Positions 39,534 to 48,494 of a stretch of 64,000 nt of DNA are shown piece by piece. Positions within the stretch are counted from its first letter, which is position 1. Every line of letters starts with the position of its first letter. Origin of the DNA: Terriglobia bacterium (GTDB lineage Bacteria > Acidobacteriota > Terriglobia > Acidiferrales > UBA7541); assembly GCA_023512135.1 (NCBI GenBank), contig JAIMAG010000012.1, positions 4,735 through 68,734 of the forward strand, read 5' to 3'. A program made the translations under genes and the position numbers. Under the pieces are notes generated by a model. It had not been told where the DNA came from, ran no database searches, and worked only from the letters and a program-made list of their open reading frames with translations.

Positions 39534-40685
39534 ATGGCACCGATGCGAGAACTGCTGCGCACGCTGCGCGCACAACAGCCGCACATGCTGCGTTTGCTCC
39601 GTCGGCTGGTGCAGACGGAATCACCCAGTCTAGAAAAAACGGCGGTGGATCGGCTCGGCCGGCTGCTGGCCACCGAGTGGCGCCGGCGCGGCGCGCAGGT
39701 GCGGACACTGCGACAACGGCAGCGCGGCGACCACCTGCGAGTCTCGGTGTGGCTGGGGCACGGTCGGCCCGCCGGACAGCTGCTCGTACTGGGGCATCTG
39801 GACACCGTCTATCCGCCGGGCACGCTGCGTCAGACGCCGTTCCGGATCACGGGTGGACGGGTGTACGGGCCGGGCGTCTACGACATGAAGGCCGGCCTGG
39901 TGATGGCGCTATTCGCGGTGGACGCCTTGCGACAACTGCACATCGCCCCGCAGAAACGGCTGGTGTTTCTGTTCACCTCGGATGAAGAAATCGGCAGCGA
40001 CTCATCGCGGCGATGGATCGAAGCCGAAGCCCGCCGCAGCGACGCGGTGCTGGTGCTGGAACCGTCGGCGGGACGCGACGGGCGGCTGAAAACAGCGCGC
40101 AAGGGTGTTGGACACTGGACGGTGACGGCACACGGACGCGCCGCACATGCCGGCATCAACCCGCAAGACGGGGTCAACGCCATACACGAGCTGGCCTGGC
40201 AAATCGCACGCATCGCGCGCTTCCAGCAGCCGCGCCGCGGCGTTACGGTCAACGTGGATGTGATTGCCGGCGGCACGCGCGCCAACGTCATTGCCGAACG
40301 AGCCACGGCCGAGGTGGATGTCCGCGTCTGGCGAATGGCGGATGCGAAACGGCTGGCACAGAAGTTCCGCGCACTGCGTCCGGTGCTGCGCGGCGCGCGG
40401 CTGGAGATACGCGGAGGAATGAACCGGCCGCCGCTCGAACGCACCCGCGCAGTGCGTCATCTGTTCCGGCATGCCCAGCAGCTGGCGCAGCAAATGGGCT
40501 TGGAGCTGAAAGAGGCGGCCACCGGAGGCGGCTCGGACGGCAATCTGACGGCAGCGCTGGGTGTCCCGACGCTGGACGGGCTGGGAGCGGTGGGCGATGG
40601 CGCGCACAGCCCGCGCGAGTTCGTCTATGCGCGCAGCCTGCCGGAACGCGCGGCGTTGCTCGCGGGACTGCTGGCGACGTTGTAG
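39534..40685 (+). CDS. M20-family metallopeptidase (glutamate carboxypeptidase/CPG2-like)
   Basis: Contains LGHLDTVYP, GPGVYDMKAGL, TSDEEIGS, AHAGINPQDG and GGSDGN. Confidence 0.85.
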   Translation: MAPMRELLRTLRAQQPHMLRLLRRLVQTESPSLEKTAVDRLGRLLATEWRRRGAQVRTLRQRQRGDHLRVSVWLGHGRPAGQLLVLGHLDTVYPPGTLRQTPFRITGGRVYGPGVYDMKAGLVMALFAVDALRQLHIAPQKRLVFLFTSDEEIGSDSSRRWIEAEARRSDAVLVLEPSAGRDGRLKTARKGVGHWTVTAHGRAAHAGINPQDGVNAIHELAWQIARIARFQQPRRGVTVNVDVIAGGTRANVIAERATAEVDVRVWRMADAKRLAQKFRALRPVLRGARLEIRGGMNRPPLERTRAVRHLFRHAQQLAQQMGLELKEAATGGGSDGNLTAALGVPTLDGLGAVGDGAHSPREFVYARSLPERAALLAGLLATL

Positions 40686-40778
40686 CGAGTGCGCAACCGA
40701 AGCGGTACGAAGAGAACAGCGGGCGGGACGAGGGCTGCCTGCAGGGTCGCGCAACAGCCCGGTCGCGAACGGCCTCAT

Positions 40779-42188
40779 TCAGTGCCTGGATAGATAGCGC
40801 AACGTCTGCTGCTCGAGTTCCGCGTAACCGGTGCGCAGAATTTCCTGAAACGCCTGCTCGGCGGTGGCGCTGACCGCGATGCGCGCCAGGACACGTTCGA
40901 GATCGCGCAGGCCGTAGGTTTCGATGATGAACTCCACCACCGCCAGCGACCAGGCGTAGGCCAGACTGGCCGTTTCCGCCGGCAACTGCGTCCAGGAATG
41001 TTCCAGCGCGGCCAGCGGGAGCGGCCCGTGCGTCTGCGCCGCCGCCAGCAGCGCAGCGCGAACTTCCCGGCTCCGCTGCCCTTCGATCCACTGCGCCACT
41101 CCTTCGTGCAGCCAAACCGGACAGCGCCCGCCGGTTTTCTGCGCCAGGAAGCTGTGGGCCAGCTCGTGACGAAGCACGCGGGCCAGTTCGGGCGTGACCC
41201 GGGTCAGCCCCTGCACCGGCACGCGCAACCGGCCGTCGTTGACCGCACTGGCCCAGGCCGGTGCGCGGGTGATATCAGCGAAGGAACGATCCGTGTAGAG
41301 AACCACGCCGATGGGATCGGGCGGGGTGTAGTTCAGCTCCGCAGCGATGGCGGCGAAGTGCTCTTCGAGCACGCTGAGGATGGCATAAGCCAGCTCGGGC
41401 CGCGCGTTGCCGTCGTAGCGTAGAGTGAAGTGGCGCGACTGGCCACCGCGGAAATTGCTTTCCAGCGCCAGGTCGCGTTCGGCCTTTTCCAGCGCGGCCG
41501 CGACTTCCGCGTCGGGACGCAGGGCAAGAGCGCGGCGCCATTCCGTGACGGCCTGCTCGAGACGGTTCGAGCCATAGTAGGCCCAGCCGGCCAGCTTGGC
41601 GACATCGGGAGAATCCGGAATCCGGCGGCGGGCGCGATCGAGATAATCGAGCGCAGCGGTGAACTCGCTGCGACGCAAATGCAAATAGGCCAGGTGGAGC
41701 AGCACCAGCGGCTCGTCCGGCGCGAAGTGCAGCGCGCGTCGGTAGTGAGCCATGGCCGGTTCGAGTTCACCCCGGCGGAGAAAAAACTGTGCGGCAGCGT
41801 GATGTGCTGCTACGACGCGCCCCACGACCAAGGGATCTGCCGAACGCGCCTGCAATTCGAGCTGAGCCAGCCACTCGCGATCGACCGAACCGTTTCGGAG
41901 GACCGCCGCAGCGACATCGTCGGGCGCAGCAACACTTTCCAGAGCCGGTGCCGAAAACCGAGCGGCGGGATGGCCAAAATCGTTGCCGGCCGGACCGGCC
42001 TCGATGCGGTCGACCAGCGACAGCGGCAGGCTCATCCAGCCCGCAGGAGTTTCGAAGCGTACCCGGTCACCCTCGACCACAACATAATCGGCACGGATGC
42101 GGCGCCCGTTTTTCAGCACAATCGTATCGGCCGCCGCAGCAGGTGCGAGCAGAGCGAGAGCCACCACGAAGCTCAGCCGCGAGCGCAC
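40779..42188 (-). CDS. secreted TPR-repeat protein with C-terminal MA-clan (HExxH) peptidase-like domain
   Basis: Signal peptide MRSRLSFVVALALLAPAAAA. TPR repeats (AMAHYRRALHFAPDEPLVLLHLAYLHL...). C-terminal RHELAHSF....WLHEGVAQW (HExxH plus a downstream Glu). Confidence 0.75.
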   Translation of the reverse strand: MRSRLSFVVALALLAPAAAADTIVLKNGRRIRADYVVVEGDRVRFETPAGWMSLPLSLVDRIEAGPAGNDFGHPAARFSAPALESVAAPDDVAAAVLRNGSVDREWLAQLELQARSADPLVVGRVVAAHHAAAQFFLRRGELEPAMAHYRRALHFAPDEPLVLLHLAYLHLRRSEFTAALDYLDRARRRIPDSPDVAKLAGWAYYGSNRLEQAVTEWRRALALRPDAEVAAALEKAERDLALESNFRGGQSRHFTLRYDGNARPELAYAILSVLEEHFAAIAAELNYTPPDPIGVVLYTDRSFADITRAPAWASAVNDGRLRVPVQGLTRVTPELARVLRHELAHSFLAQKTGGRCPVWLHEGVAQWIEGQRSREVRAALLAAAQTHGPLPLAALEHSWTQLPAETASLAYAWSLAVVEFIIETYGLRDLERVLARIAVSATAEQAFQEILRTGYAELEQQTLRYLSRH

Positions 42189-42389
42189 AGAGAAATTTTA
42201 GCAGCGGAGCCAGTCGGTGCATCGGCGGTGTGCAGACCGATGCCGTAAGTTGCCACAGTGCCGTTTGCGGGGAATTGAAAACTGCGGGGCAAACATGTCC
42301 TCAGGCGAAGGGACGGCCGGAGGCCGGGCCGAGGCGCAGCGGAGTTGATTCCGCCCAGCCATCTGCTCTCGCCTGCCGATTCCACGCGA

Positions 42390-43037
42390 TCAGGGGGCGT
42401 CTGGACTGCGCAGGGCGTGATAGAGAATCAAGCCGGTCAGTGCACCCAGCGCCAGCGTGCCAGCGAGAATGGTGAGGATGCGGCGGCGGCGGGCATCGGC
42501 TTTGCCCACACCTTCCGGCTCCTGCTCGATCAGGATACGGTAGGCGCTGCCTTCGCTCACCAGAAAACGCTCGGAGCCGGAGACCACTTCGAGCGTGCCG
42601 TGCAAGCTGCTGACGACAATTTCACCCGGGCCGAGCGCGCTCAACCGTCCGTGCACGCCACCGGTGGAAGCCGGGCGGACCAGGGTGTCGTCGAATTGTA
42701 CAGCAACGGGCGCGGGGTCGGTCAAAGAGAAACCGAGCGAGCCGCGCTCCACGGCCACCAGCAGGCGACCCGATTCGGCGATGAGCCGCGCCGCACTGTT
42801 CTCGAGCAGATAGAGCTGGCTGGTGCCGAGGCGCAGCCGGAGCAGGCCTTCGGATTCGGTGGTCAACAGGTCACCGGCGAACACAGTCGTGCCACCGGCC
42901 ACCGCGGCGCGATTCAACTGCGCGTTTTTACCCTGAACCACGACACCCAGTACGCGGGCCGCCGAAGCGTGCAACGGGGTCTGCACCAGGCCCGTCACCA
43001 GGATCGCGACAAGAAGGCAGCGAACGGTCCCGAACAT
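42390..43037 (-). CDS. FecR-like-domain protein with N-terminal signal/anchor and C-terminal TM helix (hypothetical)
   Basis: MFGTVRCLLVAILVTGLV..., VFAGDLLTTESEGLLRLRLGTSQLYLLENS (FecR-like) and C-terminal ILTILAGTLALGALTGLILY. GGAGG Shine-Dalgarno before ATG 43037. Confidence 0.65.
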   Translation of the reverse strand: MFGTVRCLLVAILVTGLVQTPLHASAARVLGVVVQGKNAQLNRAAVAGGTTVFAGDLLTTESEGLLRLRLGTSQLYLLENSAARLIAESGRLLVAVERGSLGFSLTDPAPVAVQFDDTLVRPASTGGVHGRLSALGPGEIVVSSLHGTLEVVSGSERFLVSEGSAYRILIEQEPEGVGKADARRRRILTILAGTLALGALTGLILYHALRSPDAP

Positions 43038-43156
43038 CGTAGCCTCCGAGAGGTTTTTACAGTTTCGGGAAGACAGGCGCACCTGTCAACTGCCCAGCCC
43101 GCTCGGGCTGCGAATGCAGCAATAGTCGATTCGCACGCCGGCAGCGGAAAAACCGC

Positions 43157-44839
43157 TCAGCGGCTCGCGGGGCGGAGCGACTGCTCACGGATGGCTTTGA
43201 ATTCCGTGCCCGGTTTCCATTCGGGCAGACGGGGATCGTTGGCCACCGTGTAGCCCATCAGGAAGAAGAATCGGCTGTCTTCGGCCAGTCCGCGCAAATC
43301 CAAGTAGTCCTTCACCTCGTCGGAGGGCTTGTGATAGTCCTCGGCGGTGTATTTCTGGCGCATCTCCATGCCCCAGCCCTCCGGCTTGCCGAGGAATTCG
43401 ATGCCTTCGTCGGCATAGAAGGCAGGGACGCCAAAGCGGGCAAAGCTGAAATGATCCGAGCGATAAAAGAAACCTTTTTCGGGCTCGGGGTCCGGTTTCA
43501 GAGTCCGGCCCAGGCGGGAAGCGATCTGCTGGGCGACGTCGTCGAGGGTGGAGTTGCCCATCCCGATGACGACCAGATCGCGCGTCGGCCCCAGCACGTT
43601 CGGGGCGTCCAGGTTGATTACGGCGGCAGTTTGCGGCAGGGGATAGAGCGGATGTTCGGCATAGTACCGCGAGCCCAGCAGCCCCTGCTCCTCGGCGGTC
43701 ACAAACAGGAAAAGCAAGGAGCGGCGCGGGGGAACACGGAGCTGGCGGAAAGCGCGGGCGATTTCGAGCACCGCAGCCGTACCGGCGGCGTTGTCTTTGG
43801 CCCCGTTGAAGATGCGGTCGCCGGAACCTTCGGCAGCAACTCCGAGATGATCCCAGTGCGCCGTGTAGACGACATACTGACTGCGCAGCTCCGGGTCGCT
43901 GCCTGTGATCCGGGCGATGACGTTGTGAGAATCCACCGTGCGGAGCGTGTTGCGCACAGTGATTTCGGCGCGCAGGCCGAGCGGCACCGGGCGGAACTCG
44001 CGGGTGGCCGCGACCCGCTTCAGTGCTTCCAGGTCCTTGCCGGCGCGACGGAGCAACCGTTCGGCCTGCGCCCGGGTGATCCAGCCCTCCACTGCGGCGC
44101 GACCCATGTTCCGGTCCGGTGTAATCAGGTCGAACTGTTCGCCGCTCCAGGAGCCGCGCACGACTTCCCAGGGATAACCAGCCGGGCCGGTCTCGTGGAT
44201 GATCAGCGCGGCGGCAGCGCCGAGCTGTGCTGCCTTTTCGAATTTGTAGGTCCAGCGGCCGTAGTAGGTCATGGCCTGGCCGCCAAAAATCGGTTCGTTT
44301 TCGACGGGCGGGTCGTTGACCAGGAACAACAGGACTTTGCCGCGCAGGTCCGCGCCTTTGAAGTCGTCCCAGTTGAACTCTGGAGCTGTTACGCCGTAGC
44401 CGACAAAGACAATCTCTCCGGCCGCGGAGACAGAATCGGTCACGCGTTTTGTCCAGGCGACGAAATCGTCGCCGAAGCGGAGCCGCTCCGTCCGGCCGCG
44501 CTGGGTGATGGTGAGCGTCATGGCCGGATCGGCTGTGATGCCCACCAGGGGCACTTTCTGCAAATAGGTGCCGTCGGGGTTGCCCGGCTCGAGCCCGAAC
44601 TCGCGGAGCTGCGCTTCCAGGTACTGAATGGTGCGCTGCTCGCCGGCGCCGCCCGGTGCACGACCTTCAAACTCGTCGGCAGCCAGTGTGCGCGTCTGCG
44701 CGAGCAGGCGGTCCGCAGTGATGGAATTCAAGCCGGCTTCCGGAGCGCTTGGCCCGCGCGAACAACCGGAACTGAACAGGAATGCAAAAGCCGCAACGCC
44801 AGCCAGCGCGTGCAACGAACGGTTCCGACGAGGATACAT
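43157..44839 (-). CDS. M28-family aminopeptidase lipoprotein with PA domain
   Basis: Lipobox FLFSSGC. Contains YTAHWDHLG, NGAKDNAAGTA, FVTAEEQGLLGS and YHKPSDE. GGGAGGAGG Shine-Dalgarno before ATG 44839. The tracked ORF (to 45241) is over-extended. Confidence 0.88.
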   Translation of the reverse strand: MYPRRNRSLHALAGVAAFAFLFSSGCSRGPSAPEAGLNSITADRLLAQTRTLAADEFEGRAPGGAGEQRTIQYLEAQLREFGLEPGNPDGTYLQKVPLVGITADPAMTLTITQRGRTERLRFGDDFVAWTKRVTDSVSAAGEIVFVGYGVTAPEFNWDDFKGADLRGKVLLFLVNDPPVENEPIFGGQAMTYYGRWTYKFEKAAQLGAAAALIIHETGPAGYPWEVVRGSWSGEQFDLITPDRNMGRAAVEGWITRAQAERLLRRAGKDLEALKRVAATREFRPVPLGLRAEITVRNTLRTVDSHNVIARITGSDPELRSQYVVYTAHWDHLGVAAEGSGDRIFNGAKDNAAGTAAVLEIARAFRQLRVPPRRSLLFLFVTAEEQGLLGSRYYAEHPLYPLPQTAAVINLDAPNVLGPTRDLVVIGMGNSTLDDVAQQIASRLGRTLKPDPEPEKGFFYRSDHFSFARFGVPAFYADEGIEFLGKPEGWGMEMRQKYTAEDYHKPSDEVKDYLDLRGLAEDSRFFFLMGYTVANDPRLPEWKPGTEFKAIREQSLRPASR

Positions 44840-45002
44840 AGCCTCCTCCCTGGACGAAGTCGCGTGCCGGCCCGCCCCGGTGCCGTCCGGGCCGCACGAA
44901 CGGGGCATGATACCTGGCTCCGGGCACGGTGTGTAGGGCGAAGGCGAGCGCCACACGTGCAGCCGCTTGCCTCCTGCCGAGGGAAGCGGGACAATCACAG
45001 CG

Positions 45003-45206
45003 ATGTTCCGCCCCGGGCAAACCGTTCGCGTGAACCTGGCGGGCATGCGGGTGGGCACCGTAGTCTTCCACGCTGCGGTGACCGACGCGCTTGGCACCAT
45101 CGTGCGGCAAACCAGCGAAGACCCACCGAGATATCTCGTCCGACTCCTGTTCTCCTTCAAAGGAGTGAATGAAGTCGAAGTGAGCGCCGACCGAATCAAA
45201 GGATGA
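45003..45206 (+). CDS. small hypothetical protein (67 aa)
   Basis: MFRPGQTVRVNLAGMRVGTVVFHAAV...RYLVRLLFSFKGVNEVEVSADRIKG. GC3-rich like neighbouring genes, and followed by a strong palindromic hairpin. No family recognised. Confidence 0.5.
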   Translation: MFRPGQTVRVNLAGMRVGTVVFHAAVTDALGTIVRQTSEDPPRYLVRLLFSFKGVNEVEVSADRIKG

Positions 45207-45238
45207 CCGGCCGGGGCACGTCGACGTGCCCCAGCCGG
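45207..45238. terminator. palindromic hairpin between convergent genes (possible bidirectional terminator)
   Basis: Perfect 20-nt palindrome GGGGCACGTCGACGTGCCCC (45213-45232), extendable to 45207-45238 with one mismatch. No clear U-tract. Confidence 0.45.
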
Positions 45239-45250
45239 CAAAACGAAAAG

Positions 45251-46702
45251 CTACTGACAACCGGTGAAATCGAGTTGCTTCGCGGTGGTGGTGGTGCCGC
45301 CGGTCACTTTCAGGGGTTGGTCGGTAGCATCGCGGTCGGTGCGCTGCGTCGAAGGTGAGCAGGTCGGTGTGCCGCCGCTGAGCGGACGGAACGCGCGGGC
45401 TTCCACCGTGTAGAGTACATCGCCGGCGGCCGGTGTGCTGAAGGTGGTTCCACCCACGGCGAACGTGCCCAGGCTGGGGTTCGAAGCCGGCACGAGCAAA
45501 CGGTAGCCCGCACAGAAGGTACCGGCTGGACAGACGACCGTGGCCGGGGTCGCTTCGGTGGCCACCAGGCCGGTGGAATCGCCGAGCAACGGGATGTTCA
45601 GAAAGCGGGTGACCCCGCCCACGGAAACCGGCTGGAAGGCGCTCAGGGCCGCATCGATGCTGACGCCGGTGCTGTTGCGCGAGGTGACCACGCCGGCGAT
45701 GGTAGCCGGCCCCGCCGCTTCACGCACCAGCGGCAGGCGCAGCCCGCCGGTGCCTGCCGGAACACCGAGGAGAGCGGTCGCGTTGTAGGCGTTGCCGGCG
45801 GAGTCCACGGCCGTTGCTACGACATCGTAGGTGCCGGTGGGCAGCGGACAGAAGTTGAAGCCGCCACCGGCGTCGGCTGCCGTCTGCATGACGATGCGGC
45901 CGAATCCGGCAGGATCGGCCTGTTGCACAGTGACCAGTACCTGACCGGCGATGGGTTGCTGTGTGGCGCTGTCCAGCACGGTGCCGCTGATGCCGGTCGT
46001 CACCTGGCTGACCTGGCCGGCGGTGAGTGCGGGCTTCAGACGGAACTGACCGTTGCCCTGGCGGACAATCGAAGCGCAGGTGTTGAAGTCAATGTTGATG
46101 TCCACGTGGCGGTCGGCTTCCACGCGAATTGGTCCGCCGATGATCTGTCCGGGCGGAATCTTCAACCCGGTGATGTCCTGGCTGTTCAGGTTCAGCATGC
46201 GAACTGAGTCGTCGCGCAGCACGGCGCAGTTGAAGCCTGCCGTGCCACAGGCATTCGGCGAGGGCAAAGCCATGCCGGCCGGCGGATTGTTCGGCACGAG
46301 AATCAGGCGAATCTGCTGGTAATCTCCCACGGGGATCGAAACTTGCTGGCTGAGCTGGCGCAAGATGCACTGATTCTGGCCGACGGCGAGCAGGTCCACC
46401 TGCACGGGATTGCTGGCCAGTTGCGGAGCCAGCTCGACCCAGTTCTCGGCATCTTCCTCGCTGCTGATGTTGGCCTGCACGGAACGAATGCTGACAAAAA
46501 CGCTTTTGAAATCGCCAGCCGGGAACCGACAGCTCGGCGGATCGCTGACGCTGACGCTGACGGTGCCGCGCGGGGGCTCGGAACGAAACTCGAATCGCGT
46601 CTGCCCGCAGCTCATCGCCAGCAGCGCGACTGCGATCACGCCGAGCAGCACCGGAAGCATCGGACGGTAAAAATTTTCCGGAAGGTTTTTCTGCGAAAAC
46701 AT
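45251..46702 (-). CDS. DUF4382-like lipoprotein with carboxypeptidase-regulatory-like beta-sandwich segment
   Basis: Lipobox LLAMSCG. Contains SIRSVQANIS....WVEL...PVQVDLL.....IPVGDYQQIRLIL (the DUF4382 pattern as I recall it), then ISGTVLDSATQQPIAGQVLV...TGTYDVVATA. Confidence 0.7.
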   Translation of the reverse strand: MFSQKNLPENFYRPMLPVLLGVIAVALLAMSCGQTRFEFRSEPPRGTVSVSVSDPPSCRFPAGDFKSVFVSIRSVQANISSEEDAENWVELAPQLASNPVQVDLLAVGQNQCILRQLSQQVSIPVGDYQQIRLILVPNNPPAGMALPSPNACGTAGFNCAVLRDDSVRMLNLNSQDITGLKIPPGQIIGGPIRVEADRHVDINIDFNTCASIVRQGNGQFRLKPALTAGQVSQVTTGISGTVLDSATQQPIAGQVLVTVQQADPAGFGRIVMQTAADAGGGFNFCPLPTGTYDVVATAVDSAGNAYNATALLGVPAGTGGLRLPLVREAAGPATIAGVVTSRNSTGVSIDAALSAFQPVSVGGVTRFLNIPLLGDSTGLVATEATPATVVCPAGTFCAGYRLLVPASNPSLGTFAVGGTTFSTPAAGDVLYTVEARAFRPLSGGTPTCSPSTQRTDRDATDQPLKVTGGTTTTAKQLDFTGCQ

Positions 46703-46986
46703 TGCGTTCTCCTTTGCGGGCCGGGCAAGAGTCAGAACAGCAGCAGAGTGCTCTCTGGGGCGGAAAGTTGCCCCTGCAGTATTCCGGGAAGACGGAGCCG
46801 CTGCCAGGATGACAGCACGCTGTCTTCCAACACAGTCAGTTTAGATGCTGACTGCCCGGGGCTGGGGATGCACTAGGCAGTCCGACTCGAACAGTGTTTG
46901 CGGAAACGGGGCTGGACGTCAAGTGAAAATCAGCTCCGGGGGTTGGGAAGCAGTTGCTGTACAATGAGCCAGGTCGGGAGGTCAGC

Positions 46987-47862
46987 ATGATCCATCGGCA
47001 CGTGGTGCACAACGGCAAGCTGCTGCCCATCGAACAGGTGCGACTTTCTCCCGGGCAGGCCGGGTTGTTGAACGGGTGGGGACTGTTCACGACCGTGCGG
47101 CTGGTTGAGGGGGAACCGTTCGCCTTCGAGCGGCACTGGAACCGGCTGCAGAGAGATGCCGTGCGGACGCACCTGCCGCTGCAGCTCGATCGCGAAGCAG
47201 TGCGTGCGCAGTTGCGGGAGCTGGCGCGAATCAATCAGGTGCGGGAAGGCTGCGCGCGCGTCTATCTGATCTACAACACGATCGGATTCTGGCGCAGCGA
47301 CGAACCGTTCCCCGACGTGGACCTGATCCTCTACACGGCCGACCTGCCCAGCTACCGGGAGCCGTGCCGGCTGGCGCTGCGCGAACATGGCCGGCACGCC
47401 GGCTCGCCGCTGGCCGGTGTGAAGACGACGGCATGGCTGAACAACACCTGGAACCTGTACGAAGCGCAGCAGCAAGGCTGCGACGAAGTCGTGTTGCTGA
47501 ACGAACGCGGTGAAGTGGCCGAGTGCACTGCGGCAAACATCTTCTGTGTCCGGGAGGGTCGGGTGCTGACGCCGCCGCTCGACTCCGGCTGCCTGGAAGG
47601 CGTGACCCGAGCCATTCTGCTGGAAATCGGTCCGCAGGCCGGCGTGCGCATCGAAGAACAGACGCTGCACCCGGAAGACCTCTACCGCGCCGATGAGGTG
47701 TTCCTCAGCTCGACGAACCGGAATCTGCTGGCTGTAGGCGAAATTGCCGGTCGACGCATTCCGCAGGCACCCGGGCCGGTAACCCGCAAGCTGGATGCAG
47801 CCTTCGCCAGCTACGTGCAACAGTACGTGGCACAGCAGGCGGCACGTTCCACTTCGCGCTGA
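46987..47862 (+). CDS. class IV aminotransferase (branched-chain aminotransferase / aminodeoxychorismate lyase family)
   Basis: Contains GLLNGWGLFTTVR, FERHWNRL, GVKTT and ECTAANIFCVREGRVLTPP...LEGVTR. GGGAGG Shine-Dalgarno before ATG 46987. Confidence 0.85.
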   Translation: MIHRHVVHNGKLLPIEQVRLSPGQAGLLNGWGLFTTVRLVEGEPFAFERHWNRLQRDAVRTHLPLQLDREAVRAQLRELARINQVREGCARVYLIYNTIGFWRSDEPFPDVDLILYTADLPSYREPCRLALREHGRHAGSPLAGVKTTAWLNNTWNLYEAQQQGCDEVVLLNERGEVAECTAANIFCVREGRVLTPPLDSGCLEGVTRAILLEIGPQAGVRIEEQTLHPEDLYRADEVFLSSTNRNLLAVGEIAGRRIPQAPGPVTRKLDAAFASYVQQYVAQQAARSTSR

Positions 47863-48000
47863 GGGCCCACGGCGACCATGCAACCGGCCATGCTCCGCGT
47901 GCGTCTTTGCTTGAGGCGCAGGCCGGGTGATTCCAGGTCTAGCCTGAGCTGCGCGGAAGCAGCCGGAATTCTGTTCCGAGCCATCCAGGAGGAAAACACC

Positions 48001-48378
48001 ATGAAGCAAGGTCGAGGAATGCTCGCGGTGCTTGGAGCGCTGGCGCTGCTGCTCACTCAGGCGGCAGTCGCGCAGAAACCTGCCACGTTTGCCGGGGAGT
48101 GGGAGCTGACCATGCAGGGTCCGCAGGGGGCCATCACCCAAACGTTGAAGCTGGAACAGCAGGGCGACAAAGTGAAGGGCACGCTCATCGGCCAGCGCGG
48201 CGAGACTCCGATCGAAGGCACCATCCAGGGCAACCAGATCCGCTTCACCGTGAAGCGGCAAACGCCTCAGGGGGAGCGGGTGATCGAATACAGCGGGACT
48301 CTCGACGGCGACACCATCAAAGGCACGATGGGCGGCGGACAGTTCAGCCGCGAGTGGACAGCAAAACGGAAGAAGTAA
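48001..48378 (+). CDS. small secreted hypothetical protein (125 aa)
   Basis: Signal peptide MKQGRGMLAVLGALALLLTQAAVAQ. Three repeated beta-hairpin-like units (KVKGTLIG / IEGTIQGNQIRFTV / YSGTLDGDTIKGTM). Followed by a terminator. Confidence 0.7.
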   Translation: MKQGRGMLAVLGALALLLTQAAVAQKPATFAGEWELTMQGPQGAITQTLKLEQQGDKVKGTLIGQRGETPIEGTIQGNQIRFTVKRQTPQGERVIEYSGTLDGDTIKGTMGGGQFSREWTAKRKK

Positions 48379-48404
48379 CGCGAAGCCAGTTCGTCGGACG
48401 AGAC

Positions 48405-48443
48405 CGGGTGCGGTGTCCCAGATGGCGCCGCACCCGTTTTTTT
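48405..48443 (+). terminator. Rho-independent terminator
   Basis: CGGGTGCGG (48405-13), a 14-nt loop, CCGCACCCG (48428-36), then TTTTTTT (48437-43). 27 nt after the stop at 48378. Confidence 0.75.
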
Positions 48444-48494
48444 CTGCAAACCAGCGGGAGCTGGCAGAAAAAACATCGGCCGGCCGCGCGCAAC

